Part shown: in pieces, positions 17,239 through 26,992 of the stretch
Layout of the letters: each line of letters begins with the position of its first letter
Numbering within the stretch: position 1 is the stretch's first letter
NCBI GenBank assembly: GCA_964630525.1
Contig: CAZVUY010000005.1
Span: 1,379 to 65,378, forward strand
Origin: an uncultured Candidatus Saccharibacteria bacterium
GTDB taxonomy: Bacteria; Patescibacteriota; Minisyncoccia; Phycocordibacterales; WO2-35-19
DNA: 64,000 bases
Reading direction: 5' to 3'
Notes under the pieces: generated by a model
The model's input: the letters and a program-made list of their open reading frames with translations, nothing else
Databases searched by the model: none
What the model was told of the DNA's origin: nothing
Made by a program: the position numbers and the translations under genes

Positions 17239-17418
17239 ATGGAAACCCAGTTGGCCACTCTGTATCATGGGCCAGTTTTGGCCCAAACAATGGATGACTG
17301 CAGACTTCATTCCAATACCAACTTCGTTTTTATTTCAGACGGGCAAAGAGGTGTGGTGAAAGAGTGCAAGTTGTGTTTGGATCAACGGAGGTTGGACGAC
17401 GATGACGATGGAATGTAG
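17239..17418 (+). CDS. 59-aa hypothetical zinc-binding microprotein (below the ORF-track cutoff)
   Basis: AGGAGG RBS, TATAAT upstream, CRLH...CKLC motif, acidic tail, downstream hairpin. Confidence 0.6.
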   Translation: METQLATLYHGPVLAQTMDDCRLHSNTNFVFISDGQRGVVKECKLCLDQRRLDDDDDGM

Positions 17419-17537
17419 ATACCTGCTTTAGGGATGGTGCGATTCTCACACCATCCCTTTCCTGTTGTTTAAATTATTTTATATAACTTAGATTTTATTA
17501 AAATATCTGCTAATATTTTAATGGAGGATTTTCCAAA

Positions 17538-17930
17538 ATGTCAGTTTTCAAGGGTCTGAGCGTCAGGACTGTTTTAGAAATTTACAACAACCCTGATGAT
17601 CTTGCTTTTTCCCTGTGGGAAAGAGGAGGAATGTGGGGTTTTGCCATCTGCCGAGGCAAGGAGGGTAGATATAAGCTGCTTATCACCAGCCAAGCCATCG
17701 CTACAAATTCTGAACTTGCAGCGATGTGGCTTCATGGTCTCCTGACATCAATGTTGGAAAGTTTTAAAAGGGGCTGTATCAAAAGAAAAGACGGAAAAAA
17801 TAGAAGCAACAAATCAGTACCAACTTTTGATGCCAATCTGGTAGATCGAATCCGAATCGAATTGGTTCGGTCTCACAGCGTGGATACGGCTTCATTGTTT
17901 GCCACTCCGGCAAACAAAAAAGCTCTCTGA
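17538..17930 (+). CDS. hypothetical protein
   Basis: 130-aa ORF with GGAGG RBS and a downstream AAAGGCCAGC/GCTGGCCTTT hairpin. Confidence 0.65.
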   Translation: MSVFKGLSVRTVLEIYNNPDDLAFSLWERGGMWGFAICRGKEGRYKLLITSQAIATNSELAAMWLHGLLTSMLESFKRGCIKRKDGKNRSNKSVPTFDANLVDRIRIELVRSHSVDTASLFATPANKKAL

Positions 17931-18123
17931 ATCCAAAGGCCAGCGCTCTCGCTGGCCTTTGTCTTAATCTGGCAGAGGGTAGTGGACGATGTTAGAACCT
18001 GTTTCCAGACTGCCACTTCCAGTTTCTATATACCAAGTTTAGCGTTAAACTGTGCGAATATCAATTAATTAGAAACAGAAAACCCCACACTGATACAACG
18101 GGTGTGTTGTTTTCCGTGCGGGG

Positions 18124-18501
18124 CTAATGCCAGAAAAGAATGATGGGAATGTCGTCGGGAAGAGCATCCACGAACGCCTTGATTGCCTTGTTCTTCGGCG
18201 TGGCGTCTGGTGTGAGTTTGAGCTTTTTCAGCTTTTGCGCGTAGATGAACGTGAGGTTAGTTCCATACTTGTCCTCTCTCGTCCGTCTAATTCCTTCGCC
18301 CTCGTAGGTTTCCACCCACATTTGAGGAGGAATTGGAAGCGGGTCTACCGTCCGCTTTACCGACGTGTCGCCGCTCTCTGGGCATATCTGGTTGAATATG
18401 CGATAGTCGCGGTCAAAGTCCAATCGGTCATAGCAGAGGACGGATTTTTCGCCAATACTGCTTGCGTCCCGTAAGGGAAGAAGGGTTAAGTCCAGTCCCA
18501 T
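18124..18501 (-). CDS. hypothetical protein (accessory, MGLD start)
   Basis: 125-aa ORF with AAAGGAG RBS and a TTGACA promoter upstream; next to the tRNA-Ser 3' end. Confidence 0.7.
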   Translation of the reverse strand: MGLDLTLLPLRDASSIGEKSVLCYDRLDFDRDYRIFNQICPESGDTSVKRTVDPLPIPPQMWVETYEGEGIRRTREDKYGTNLTFIYAQKLKKLKLTPDATPKNKAIKAFVDALPDDIPIILFWH

Positions 18502-18633
18502 ATACTATCTCCTTTCAAAGGGTAAATCCGTTGTTTATCCTATCATAACAGCAACATAATGTCAATAGCGGAGGTTCGGATGTCTCCTACCCCTGTTCCA
18601 AATGATGCTTATAAATTAACATAATTTTCGCTG

Positions 18634-18718
18634 CGGAGGGTAAGAGATTCGAACTCTTGGTGGGTTTCCCCACACCCGCTTTCCAAGCGAGCGCACTAGA
18701 CCGCTATGCGAACCCTCC
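18634..18718 (-). tRNA. tRNA-Ser (GGA)
   Basis: GGAGGGT/ACCCTCC acceptor, CTCGC-TT-GGA-AA-GCGGG anticodon arm, long variable arm. Confidence 0.95.
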
Positions 18719-18952
18719 ATTGGCCGCCTTAGCTTCAGCGGCGGCGACCTAAATTTATACCCCATAATCTACCACCTAATCATACTAAACAAAATACCCC
18801 TTTACCTGAACAGCTCTACTCAATCTTATTATTTTATACGATATATCGTAAGAAATAATATTGATTGCTATTCTATCTCCACAAGTTATGCTGACGGAGT
18901 ATTTAAATAACACCGAAACAACTTTAATGATATGTCGCCAATTGTACTTCGG

Positions 18953-20140
18953 TTATTTTAGAGTTAACAATGAGTTTACATAATGAATAGCTATGCCGCC
19001 AAAATTTTCGTTTTTGCCAAAGGTTTGTTGGAGACGACCAATCTGTTTATTGAGATGCTCCTTTGAAGTCCGATGGAAAGTGATATAAGGCGGCGGCACA
19101 TCACCGGTCTCTTGGGCGATGATTACCTTGGTCGTATGGTTACCTCGTAGAGCAGTTTGCATCTCGTTTTGAGAAATCTCGATCGAACCATCGTGCCCAT
19201 CGGCAAAAGTGCGGTAAGACATGACAATGATCGAGCTGTTGGCTCGCTGATCCAGGACGTTGAGTAAATGTTTGAACACCGCCGCCTTATTTTTCTGGTA
19301 GGTAAATTTGGGGGTGGATTTATCCTTCTCATCATAAAAATCTGGCACAACAACGGAAAAACGCAGATCACTTTCTTCTAAAAATTGTTGGGTTTTGTCG
19401 ACCAGCTCCACAAACCTGTAAAGGACTGCTGCCGGATCTTCGACAAAAGCATCGAGTAGGTAAGGTTCGACATCGTATTGAAAGCCTCTGAATTTATATT
19501 TTCTTGTCTCATTAAAATTTTTTACATAGTTGGCGATCGCGAAAGCCTTATAAGTATGGTCTGGCTCGGTCCAATTTTGCCAGCCTGCCTCAGCATCTAC
19601 TGCGATCCCAAAAGAATTGGCTTTGCGAATAAAGTTCTCGAGTTTCTGGCTGAATTCTTCTTTGAGTCTTTCCCGTTCTGACCCTTTGGGCATGGTAAAA
19701 ATGTCGAGGTAGCTATCTATCGAAATATAAATGGTATTTATACTGTTTGCAGCGGCCCCTTCGATGATCGAGCTCGTATATTCTGGCGTGAGCTGCATAG
19801 TCGGCGTCCAGAGCCAGGTACCACGCTCTTCAACATCTTCTGTCCGCGGTTCGGTCATTGATTTGAGTGTTTTGATAGCTGCTGCTATTTGATTCTTCAA
19901 GCTAAATTTTGGCTTGGCTGGAGTCTCGAAAGTAAGCTGTTGGTACTCCGGATTTGCGACGACGGCGCTCACGTTGATCGGCTGGTTTGAACGCAGAGAA
20001 ATTCTTTTATCAACGGAGTTGGAATGGGGGACTGACTGATTTTGCCAAAAGAAGCCCACAGTCAGAATAAATATCATTAATGCTCCTAATCCCCCAACCA
20101 AAAATCGTTTTTTATTTTTTGAGATTTTTTTCCTTCTCAC
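18953..20140 (-). CDS. membrane-anchored putative glycoside-hydrolase-like TIM-barrel protein
   Basis: N-terminal TM; GTWLW, GFQYDVEPY, IVMSYR, AQET and GIAIH motifs. Confidence 0.6.
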   Translation of the reverse strand: MRRKKISKNKKRFLVGGLGALMIFILTVGFFWQNQSVPHSNSVDKRISLRSNQPINVSAVVANPEYQQLTFETPAKPKFSLKNQIAAAIKTLKSMTEPRTEDVEERGTWLWTPTMQLTPEYTSSIIEGAAANSINTIYISIDSYLDIFTMPKGSERERLKEEFSQKLENFIRKANSFGIAVDAEAGWQNWTEPDHTYKAFAIANYVKNFNETRKYKFRGFQYDVEPYLLDAFVEDPAAVLYRFVELVDKTQQFLEESDLRFSVVVPDFYDEKDKSTPKFTYQKNKAAVFKHLLNVLDQRANSSIIVMSYRTFADGHDGSIEISQNEMQTALRGNHTTKVIIAQETGDVPPPYITFHRTSKEHLNKQIGRLQQTFGKNENFGGIAIHYVNSLLTLK

Positions 20141-20257
20141 CTAATCATTATAACGAAAAAACAAGATCAATTTCTAACATTTGGGGAAATTGAAGTTGAA
20201 AAAATTGAAAAGACATGATTATATTGAGAAAATAATAAAGGATGGGTTCATAAAAAT

Positions 20258-20330
20258 GCGCGGTTAGCTCAATTGGTAGAGCGCCACATTGACGTTGTGG
20301 ATGTTATAAGTTCGAGTCTTATACCGCGCA
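20258..20330 (+). tRNA. tRNA-Val (GAC)
   Basis: GCGCGGT/ACCGCGC acceptor, CCACA-TT-GAC-GT-TGTGG, ATAAG-TTCGAGT-CTTAT. Confidence 0.93.
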
Positions 20331-20334
20331 CATA

Positions 20335-20437
20335 CTCAGCCCCGACGTGTAGTCGGGGAGCCGACCGAAAGCGTCGGCTTTGGTAGAGCGCGTCATTGAC
20401 GTTGACGATGTCAGAGGTTCAAGTCCTCTACCGCCCA
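20335..20437 (+). pseudogene. second tRNA-Val(GAC)-like sequence lacking the 5' acceptor strand, with two hairpins inserted in the D-loop
   Basis: CTCAG-[CCCCGAC..GTCGGGG, AGCCGAC..GTCGGCT]-TTGGTAGAGC, intact anticodon arm CGTCA-TT-GAC-GT-TGACG, T-arm and ACCGCCCA. Confidence 0.75.
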
Positions 20438-20922
20438 CCCAGTATTTGACTTTTTGTTTGTGGGGATTAGAATGGCTGGCAACACAAAAACCCAGAGTGG
20501 GTGCCAGATCTTTCTCAAAAAGGTTGCGCAAGCAATGTTTTTAGAGAATTCCCCGGTCCGGTACCCATTCTGGGTTTTTGCAAACTAGAAAAAGTAATGG
20601 TTAATGCAATTATACCAAAATAAGGGGTAGCAAAACAATTCACAGTTTTAGTTGACATAGATTTGCTCTATTATAAAATTTGGGGGTGCTGATACATTTG
20701 GTCTGACCTTCTTTTGGGGAAGAGGAGGTTTTGGAAATAATCTCATGTTTCCCCAATTTTTCAACCAAAAAAACAATCGGATAAACAAAAAAGCCACTCG
20801 GCGCCTAGCCTTTTGAGTGGCTTTTTTGTTTGGTCGATACTTCTCTGCTTGGAAAGCTAGTATGCATAATCCAAGCAGGGAAGGAAAATCAGGGTTATTA
20901 GAAAAATTAATTTAGAAAAGTT

Positions 20923-21534
20923 ATGAAAAAACTTATAGCAACAGTTGCTTTGGCAGCTTTCGCTCTTTCGGCTTCAAGCGCTTCTGCTTTTTATTTTCCT
21001 TATTTCCAACAGAGCAACGATATTGAGGTCAAAAACGCAAGTTTTGCTAGCGTAACAAATGTCGTAACAACTTCTGCCAACACAGGAGCTAACAGCTCTT
21101 TTGGTGGTAGTGCTAAAAACAAAGTATTCGGCAAGGGGACCAATGGTAGCAACGAAGCTACTGGTGGCGACAGCGATGTAGCTACTGGTGACGCTTGGGC
21201 TGCTTCCATGGTTGGCAATGATGTTAATACCACTAAAACCAAAGTATCCGCAGACTGCGGCTGCAAAGGTGATATCACTGTCAAAAATAAGAATTCAGCC
21301 TCAGTAACCAATTTGGTTGATACTTATGCCAATACTGGATCCAACGTATCAGCTGGTGGTGATGCCAAAAACAAGGTTTCTGGTACTCAATACAGCTGGT
21401 GGTGGGGTAACAACGGAAACAATGGTAGCAACGAAGCTACTGGTGGCGACAGCGATGTAGTCACTGGTGACGCTGGCGCAGAAGCCACCGTCGTCAACAC
21501 CGTCAATCACACTGTAACCAGGATTGTTCGATAG
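20923..21534 (+). CDS. secreted Asn/Gly/Thr-rich repeat protein (NTGxN...TGDA repeats)
   Basis: Signal peptide MKKLIATVALAAFALSASSASA; two repeat units. Confidence 0.8.
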   Translation: MKKLIATVALAAFALSASSASAFYFPYFQQSNDIEVKNASFASVTNVVTTSANTGANSSFGGSAKNKVFGKGTNGSNEATGGDSDVATGDAWAASMVGNDVNTTKTKVSADCGCKGDITVKNKNSASVTNLVDTYANTGSNVSAGGDAKNKVSGTQYSWWWGNNGNNGSNEATGGDSDVVTGDAGAEATVVNTVNHTVTRIVR

Positions 21535-21615
21535 TTCTTTTTCCGAAAGGTTCTGTTTTGCAGAGCCTTCGGGCTGAGCTCGGGAAAAACTGCTTTCCTT
21601 GGTTCATCCGGAGCC

Positions 21616-24063
21616 ATGATCAACATCTCATTTCGAGTCAACAAATATCGTCTGACAAAAATCACTTTCTCTATTTTCTTAATGAGCTGTCTTTTGAATT
21701 GGGCGCTCAATCCAAACCTGACCACCTTTGCTGAAGATGCAAGCCCGCCGACAGCGGATACACCCACCCCCACTCTAGAGGTGGCTCCAGAAATAACCGA
21801 GTCCACGCCAACTCAACCAACTACTGAAAGTACACCTACTGAGACTAGCGAAAATCCTGAAACTACCATAACCATAACGACTGAGCAGCAGGCAGAAATA
21901 TCGAATGTGACAGAGACTGTTGCCGATAGCGGCAACAACGAGTCTGGTCTTGCTGAAAGCCAGAATACCGACGCTACTATATCGACCGGGGAAACTGTTG
22001 CGAGCGTCGATGTTCTCAATGTTGTAAATACCAATATTGTGGATTCGGAAGGGGTAGTCTTGGTAAAAAGTGGCGATCTAGCAGAAACCTCTCTTGACTT
22101 GAGAGCGGAAATCGGTGAACCTGGCACCGCTACTCCCGATTGTAGTGACTGTCAATCTTCAACTACCATAACAACCCAAAATACAGCCATCGTGGACAAC
22201 CAAGTCTTAGTGGTAGCAAATAGCGGGGGCAACCTGGCTTCAAGCACCGAAGAAAGTAGTGTCACAACCGGTGACGCCTATGCAGGAGCCAATGTTGTCA
22301 ATTTGGTCAACACCAATTTTGTACAGTCCAAATATATACTCCTAGTCTTCAACAATTTTGGCGATTGGTCGGGCAATCTGGTCTTACCAAACGGCAATTT
22401 TTTCCAGGACTTCCTCTCTAGTTTTAGCAGCTGCTCCGACTGCCAATCTGATTTAAGCGTAGCAAACCAGAGTGAGGCGACGGTGACCAACTCAGTAGCT
22501 ACTCTCGCCAATAGCGGGGAAAACGATGCAACAGGAGAAAATACTACGATATTTTCAGGGGGAAGTGCCGCGATCAGCAATGTTTACAATCAAGTGAATA
22601 CTAATATTTATGGAGACTCATCTTTTCATTTATTGATAAAAGTGTTGGGCGATTGGAGTGGTAATATTTTCAATTTGCCACCCAATATCGATTGGCAACA
22701 GACTCAAGAAGGGATAATTTTGTTTGACAAAAAATCAGAGCCCAATTTGGTCGACCCCGATCAAAAAAATAATAGGGGAGGGAAAACTACCATCAACCAG
22801 GCAAATAGTGCTTTGGTAGCAAATAGTATCCAAACCATTGCTAACACCGGTTCCAATGAGGCAATTGGTGGCGATGCAAACATCGAGACCGGCGAAGCTT
22901 ATGCGGCTTCCAACGTGGTAAATATCGTCAACACCAATATTGTCAGCGCCAATTGGACAGCGGCTATTATAAACGTTTTGGGTGATTGGCGGGGTAACAT
23001 CTCTTTTGGAGAACCAGATTTGTGGGTAGGAACAGTCGCAGAGTCCGCCGGTAGCCTAGGCCCCGGCAGTTTGATCAAATTTACCACTACTATCAAAAAC
23101 AATGGTGATGCCCGTGCCAGCGCTATCAAGGTTGTGACCAAGCCCAGTCTGCCCTGGCTACTGTTCCAAGGAGAAAAAGAGTGGTTTGTAAGCCCGCTTC
23201 AGCCCGGAGAATCCACCACCATTTCTTATTATGCGAATGTGGATCAGAATGTGCCGGAAGGCCGCACCAATATGAATGCTGCCACAGCCGTTTCTTTGTT
23301 TGAAGATGATGGCAACCCAGGGGACAACCAAGACACAATCAGCCTATCTATTTACAAAGAACCAACTCTGATTACCCCATACACATCGAGAACTGCCAGC
23401 TACCCCAAAATTGAAGTTTCGAAAAAACATATAATCAGAAGCTCTGTAGTTATCGATAACAAAGAGATGGTACCTTTTGCTGGTGAGGTTGATTATGAAA
23501 TAGTGGTCAAAAATAAAGGGGGCGATGCTGCTCATGGTATTCTTTTCGATCAATTAAAAGACGAGAAAGGCAAGATTATAAGCACTCAGAGCTGGAGTCT
23601 GGGTAAAATACTCTCTGAAGAAGAGATAACTATCAATTACACTTCCAAATTCAATGAGAAAAGTGCGCCAGGAGTATATACCAACTACGCTTGGGTAGAG
23701 GCGCTGGGAGGGGATTATGAGGCCTTTGACGGGGCTTTGGCTGAAAGAGCAGATTCAAATGTTGCTTCTGATTCAGTCGTTTTGGCAGCGAAACCAACTG
23801 TCCCTGAAGTAATCGTCAATATACCAGAATTAATACAAGAGTCAGAACCGGCAGTCCTTGGGGTCTTTACCGAAAATGTTTCTCTCTTGTCAGAACCAGA
23901 ACCGGAAATCCGACCAGAAATACTCGGGGATTATTGTTTCGAAACCGCTGACAAACCGTCGGATGGCAAACTAACCCTTTCGGAAAGTGTCCTACTGGGG
24001 CTATCTTTCGTACTAATCATTCGCAAGAAAGACAAGATACCTTTCAATATCTTCCTGATCTAG
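21616..24063 (+). CDS. large surface protein: NSG/NTG-TGDA repeats, Ig-like (CARDB/DUF11-like) domains, C-terminal hydrophobic anchor
   Basis: Signal/TM, P/T/E linker, repeats VNTNIV/TGEA, TIKNNG...LQPGES, YEIVVKNKG, LLGLSFVLIIRKK. Confidence 0.75.
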   Translation: MINISFRVNKYRLTKITFSIFLMSCLLNWALNPNLTTFAEDASPPTADTPTPTLEVAPEITESTPTQPTTESTPTETSENPETTITITTEQQAEISNVTETVADSGNNESGLAESQNTDATISTGETVASVDVLNVVNTNIVDSEGVVLVKSGDLAETSLDLRAEIGEPGTATPDCSDCQSSTTITTQNTAIVDNQVLVVANSGGNLASSTEESSVTTGDAYAGANVVNLVNTNFVQSKYILLVFNNFGDWSGNLVLPNGNFFQDFLSSFSSCSDCQSDLSVANQSEATVTNSVATLANSGENDATGENTTIFSGGSAAISNVYNQVNTNIYGDSSFHLLIKVLGDWSGNIFNLPPNIDWQQTQEGIILFDKKSEPNLVDPDQKNNRGGKTTINQANSALVANSIQTIANTGSNEAIGGDANIETGEAYAASNVVNIVNTNIVSANWTAAIINVLGDWRGNISFGEPDLWVGTVAESAGSLGPGSLIKFTTTIKNNGDARASAIKVVTKPSLPWLLFQGEKEWFVSPLQPGESTTISYYANVDQNVPEGRTNMNAATAVSLFEDDGNPGDNQDTISLSIYKEPTLITPYTSRTASYPKIEVSKKHIIRSSVVIDNKEMVPFAGEVDYEIVVKNKGGDAAHGILFDQLKDEKGKIISTQSWSLGKILSEEEITINYTSKFNEKSAPGVYTNYAWVEALGGDYEAFDGALAERADSNVASDSVVLAAKPTVPEVIVNIPELIQESEPAVLGVFTENVSLLSEPEPEIRPEILGDYCFETADKPSDGKLTLSESVLLGLSFVLIIRKKDKIPFNIFLI

Positions 24064-24097
24064 CAAGCTAAGTTTTTTGTGCTAGTATTTAAATGAA

Positions 24098-24610
24098 ATG
24101 AAAGTTTCAAGAAAATTGGCACTCAAAAAATTTTATGTCGGCATTATAGCCGTTCTTTTGATATTGATTATTATCGTGCCGAGTATCCGCCTTTCCATTT
24201 TAGATTCCATCTCGGCGATTTACGCTTCTGTTTTGGTCAATCTGACCAACCGCGATAGGGTGCTCAACAATCTCTCCGAACTCAAAATCAATCCGCTGTT
24301 GGAAAAAGCGGCCCAAATGAAGGCTGACGACATGGCTGCCCGAAGCTACTTTGCGCACAATACCCCTGAAGGCAAAACACCTTGGTACTGGCTCGAGCTT
24401 GCCGGCTATGAATATCTCTATGCGGGTGAAAATTTGGCGGTCAATTTTCAAAATAGTGAAGAAGTGCAGACCGCTTGGATGAATTCGCGCGGGCACTTTT
24501 TGAATATCGTAAATCCTAAATTTAAAGAGATCGGCATCGCCACTTCCACCGGCGTTTACAAGGGCAGGGAAGCGATCTTCGTCGTCCAAATGTTCGGCAC
24601 ACCGAGGTAA
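24098..24610 (+). CDS. CAP/SCP domain protein
   Basis: AAQMKADDM..YFAH, AGENLA, AWMNSRGH, EIGIA, VQMFG. Confidence 0.93.
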   Translation: MKVSRKLALKKFYVGIIAVLLILIIIVPSIRLSILDSISAIYASVLVNLTNRDRVLNNLSELKINPLLEKAAQMKADDMAARSYFAHNTPEGKTPWYWLELAGYEYLYAGENLAVNFQNSEEVQTAWMNSRGHFLNIVNPKFKEIGIATSTGVYKGREAIFVVQMFGTPR

Positions 24611-24673
24611 TAATTCTACCTACACAGATCTGCTACGACCGCGAGAAATGTGTGTAGGTGATTGGGAGAATAT

Positions 24674-25591
24674 TTAAAGATCTAAATAAATATCTTCGAG
24701 GGCTTTGACGGCGTCGCCGGCGGCGATATTGTTTTGGTGGTAGAGAGTATCAGTACAGTCGCCGGCGGCCCAGATACCAGGCACGCTGGTGCGTTGAGTT
24801 TTGTGATCTATTTTGATTCGATTGAGTTCGTCAATCTCCACTCCAACGGTTTGAGCAAAATCAGTCGCTGGTACATGACCAATCTCCACGAAAATGCCGT
24901 CGGTTGGGATCTCCACATCGTCAACGAAAGGTTGGGTGGTCTCATAGAAAATTGATTTTACGAAACCGTTACCTTTGATCTCGATCGGCGTGGCATGCGG
25001 AATCGCTTTCATTTTGGGGTTAGAAATCGCTTTTTCGACGGTGACCGGATCAGCCCTAAATTCACTTCGACTAAGGAGAGTTACGCTTTTGCAGTAGGCA
25101 AGTAGTTGGAGAGCGGATTCAAAGCCAGCATTGCCGCCACCGATCACTACCACATCTTTGCCAGTAAAAAATGGTCCGTCACAAGAAGCACAGTAAGTAA
25201 TGCCTTTACCCTCAAACTCTTTGGCGCCCTGCACCTCGAGTTTGCGACGTGAACCACCAGTCGCGATCAATATTTTTTTAGTCGAATATTCGCTTTTAGT
25301 GCTGAAAACTTTGAAGCCGTCGTCACTTTTTTCTATTTTTTCCACCAGCTCACCCTCGCGAATATCGACCACGTTGTCAGCATAAAATTTGACGTGCTCC
25401 TTTAAACTTTTCGCCAAGTCCATACCAGAAATGGCGACCGTACCGATCCAATTTTGGATTTCATTTGATTCGATACTTTGACCACCGAAAGATTCGGCGA
25501 TCAGAGCGGTCTTGATCTGCTTCCTGGCAGCATAAACACCAGCCGCCGCTCCAGCCGGTCCACCACCAATAATAACTAAATCGTAATTCAT
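24674..25591 (-). CDS. trxB: thioredoxin reductase
   Basis: GGGPAG, CASCDG, GGGNAG, AAGD. Confidence 0.92.
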   Translation of the reverse strand: MNYDLVIIGGGPAGAAAGVYAARKQIKTALIAESFGGQSIESNEIQNWIGTVAISGMDLAKSLKEHVKFYADNVVDIREGELVEKIEKSDDGFKVFSTKSEYSTKKILIATGGSRRKLEVQGAKEFEGKGITYCASCDGPFFTGKDVVVIGGGNAGFESALQLLAYCKSVTLLSRSEFRADPVTVEKAISNPKMKAIPHATPIEIKGNGFVKSIFYETTQPFVDDVEIPTDGIFVEIGHVPATDFAQTVGVEIDELNRIKIDHKTQRTSVPGIWAAGDCTDTLYHQNNIAAGDAVKALEDIYLDL

Positions 25592-25709
25592 GCTTTGTAT
25601 GATAACACAAAAAAGTCCTCACCCCAATCTAGATTTTAGTATAATACGAAGTATTGCTCGCCCCTCTCCTTGCCAAGGAGAGGGGTTGGGGATGAGGTCG
25701 ATGAGGTTA

Positions 25710-26894
25710 TTATTTCAATTTCGAGCGTCGTAAGAAAGCTGGCACGGCGCCCCATTCGTCATCATCATCAATGATGACATTGCTTTTCTTTTCTTCTGGC
25801 TCTTCTTGGTTTTGAGTAGGTTGTGGAGCTTCTCGTCGCTCTTCTTTTTTGAATACAGAATTGAAAATCTTGCCCTTGCCAGAAGCATCACCTTCTTCTC
25901 TGTCTTTGTCAGCAAAAAGGCTATTTTTGACACCGAAATTCTCTGGGAAACCAGAAGCGATAACAGTGATCTTGATCTCGCCCTTTTTGAGTCGCTCATC
26001 GCGAACCGTACCGAAGATGATTTTGGCATTTGGATCGACTGATTCGGTGATCAGTTTAGCGGCATCGTGGATTTCAAACATGGTGAGATCATCGCCACCA
26101 GCAATAGAGAAGAGGACTCCCCGAGCACCGTTGATGGAAACTTCGAGAAGTGGGGAATTGATAGCAAGCTTGGCTGCCTCTTCGGCTCTCTTTTCACCTG
26201 AAGCCCGGCCGATACCCATGAGGGCTCCGCCAGCTCCTTCCATCACAGCTTTAATGTCAGCGAAATCGATATTGATCGTACCCGGAGTGGTGATGAGGTC
26301 AGAAATACCTTCCACTGCTTGTTTCAAGATATCATCACACATAGAGAAAGCACTTTTAGCCGAAGTATCTTTGCTGATGGTCGCCAACAAGCGATCGTTT
26401 GGAATGACGATAAGAGCGTCCACTGACTGGCGCAAATTTTCAAGACCAGCTTCAGCGATCCGCATTCTCTGGTTGCCTTCAAAGGCGAAAGGTTTGGTGA
26501 CTACTCCTACGGTGAGAATACCGAGCTCTTTGGCAGTCCGAGCGATCACTGGTGCTGCGCCGGTGCCGGTGCCGCCACCCATACCGCAAGCGATAAATAT
26601 CATATCCGCCCCTTTGAGCGCTTCTTGGATCTCTTCTTTAGTTTCTTCTACCGCTCTTTTGCCCAAGTCAGGGTCCATACCAGTACCCAAACCCCTGGTC
26701 AAATTTTTACCAATATGAATTTTCCTTTTTGCTTCGGAATGGTGCAGGTCTTGAGCATCGGTATTGACTGAAATAAAATCCACTCCTCGCACTTTGGAGT
26801 TGATCATGTGGTTCACTGCATTTTTACCCGAGCCACCAACCCCGATCACTCTGATGCGGGCAAAGGCTTCTACTTCTGGCTTGATTTGAGGCAT
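25710..26894 (-). CDS. ftsZ: cell division protein FtsZ
   Basis: GMGGGTGTGAAP, IDFAD, C-terminal VPAFLRR. Confidence 0.99.
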   Translation of the reverse strand: MPQIKPEVEAFARIRVIGVGGSGKNAVNHMINSKVRGVDFISVNTDAQDLHHSEAKRKIHIGKNLTRGLGTGMDPDLGKRAVEETKEEIQEALKGADMIFIACGMGGGTGTGAAPVIARTAKELGILTVGVVTKPFAFEGNQRMRIAEAGLENLRQSVDALIVIPNDRLLATISKDTSAKSAFSMCDDILKQAVEGISDLITTPGTINIDFADIKAVMEGAGGALMGIGRASGEKRAEEAAKLAINSPLLEVSINGARGVLFSIAGGDDLTMFEIHDAAKLITESVDPNAKIIFGTVRDERLKKGEIKITVIASGFPENFGVKNSLFADKDREEGDASGKGKIFNSVFKKEERREAPQPTQNQEEPEEKKSNVIIDDDDEWGAVPAFLRRSKLK

Positions 26895-26992
26895 ATTTGT
26901 TGCAAATTAAGATTGAAATTACAAAGACAATTGAATATTAGCAGAAAAACTAAAATTACAATACTTGCCAAAATCCCGAGCCATGTTCTAAA

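Noticed and set aside
25849-26718. 289-aa antisense ORF over ftsZ, and similar shadows over uvrA, tkt, nrdJ and gyrB
   Set aside because: Antisense shadows of conserved genes, with no recognisable motifs or expression signals
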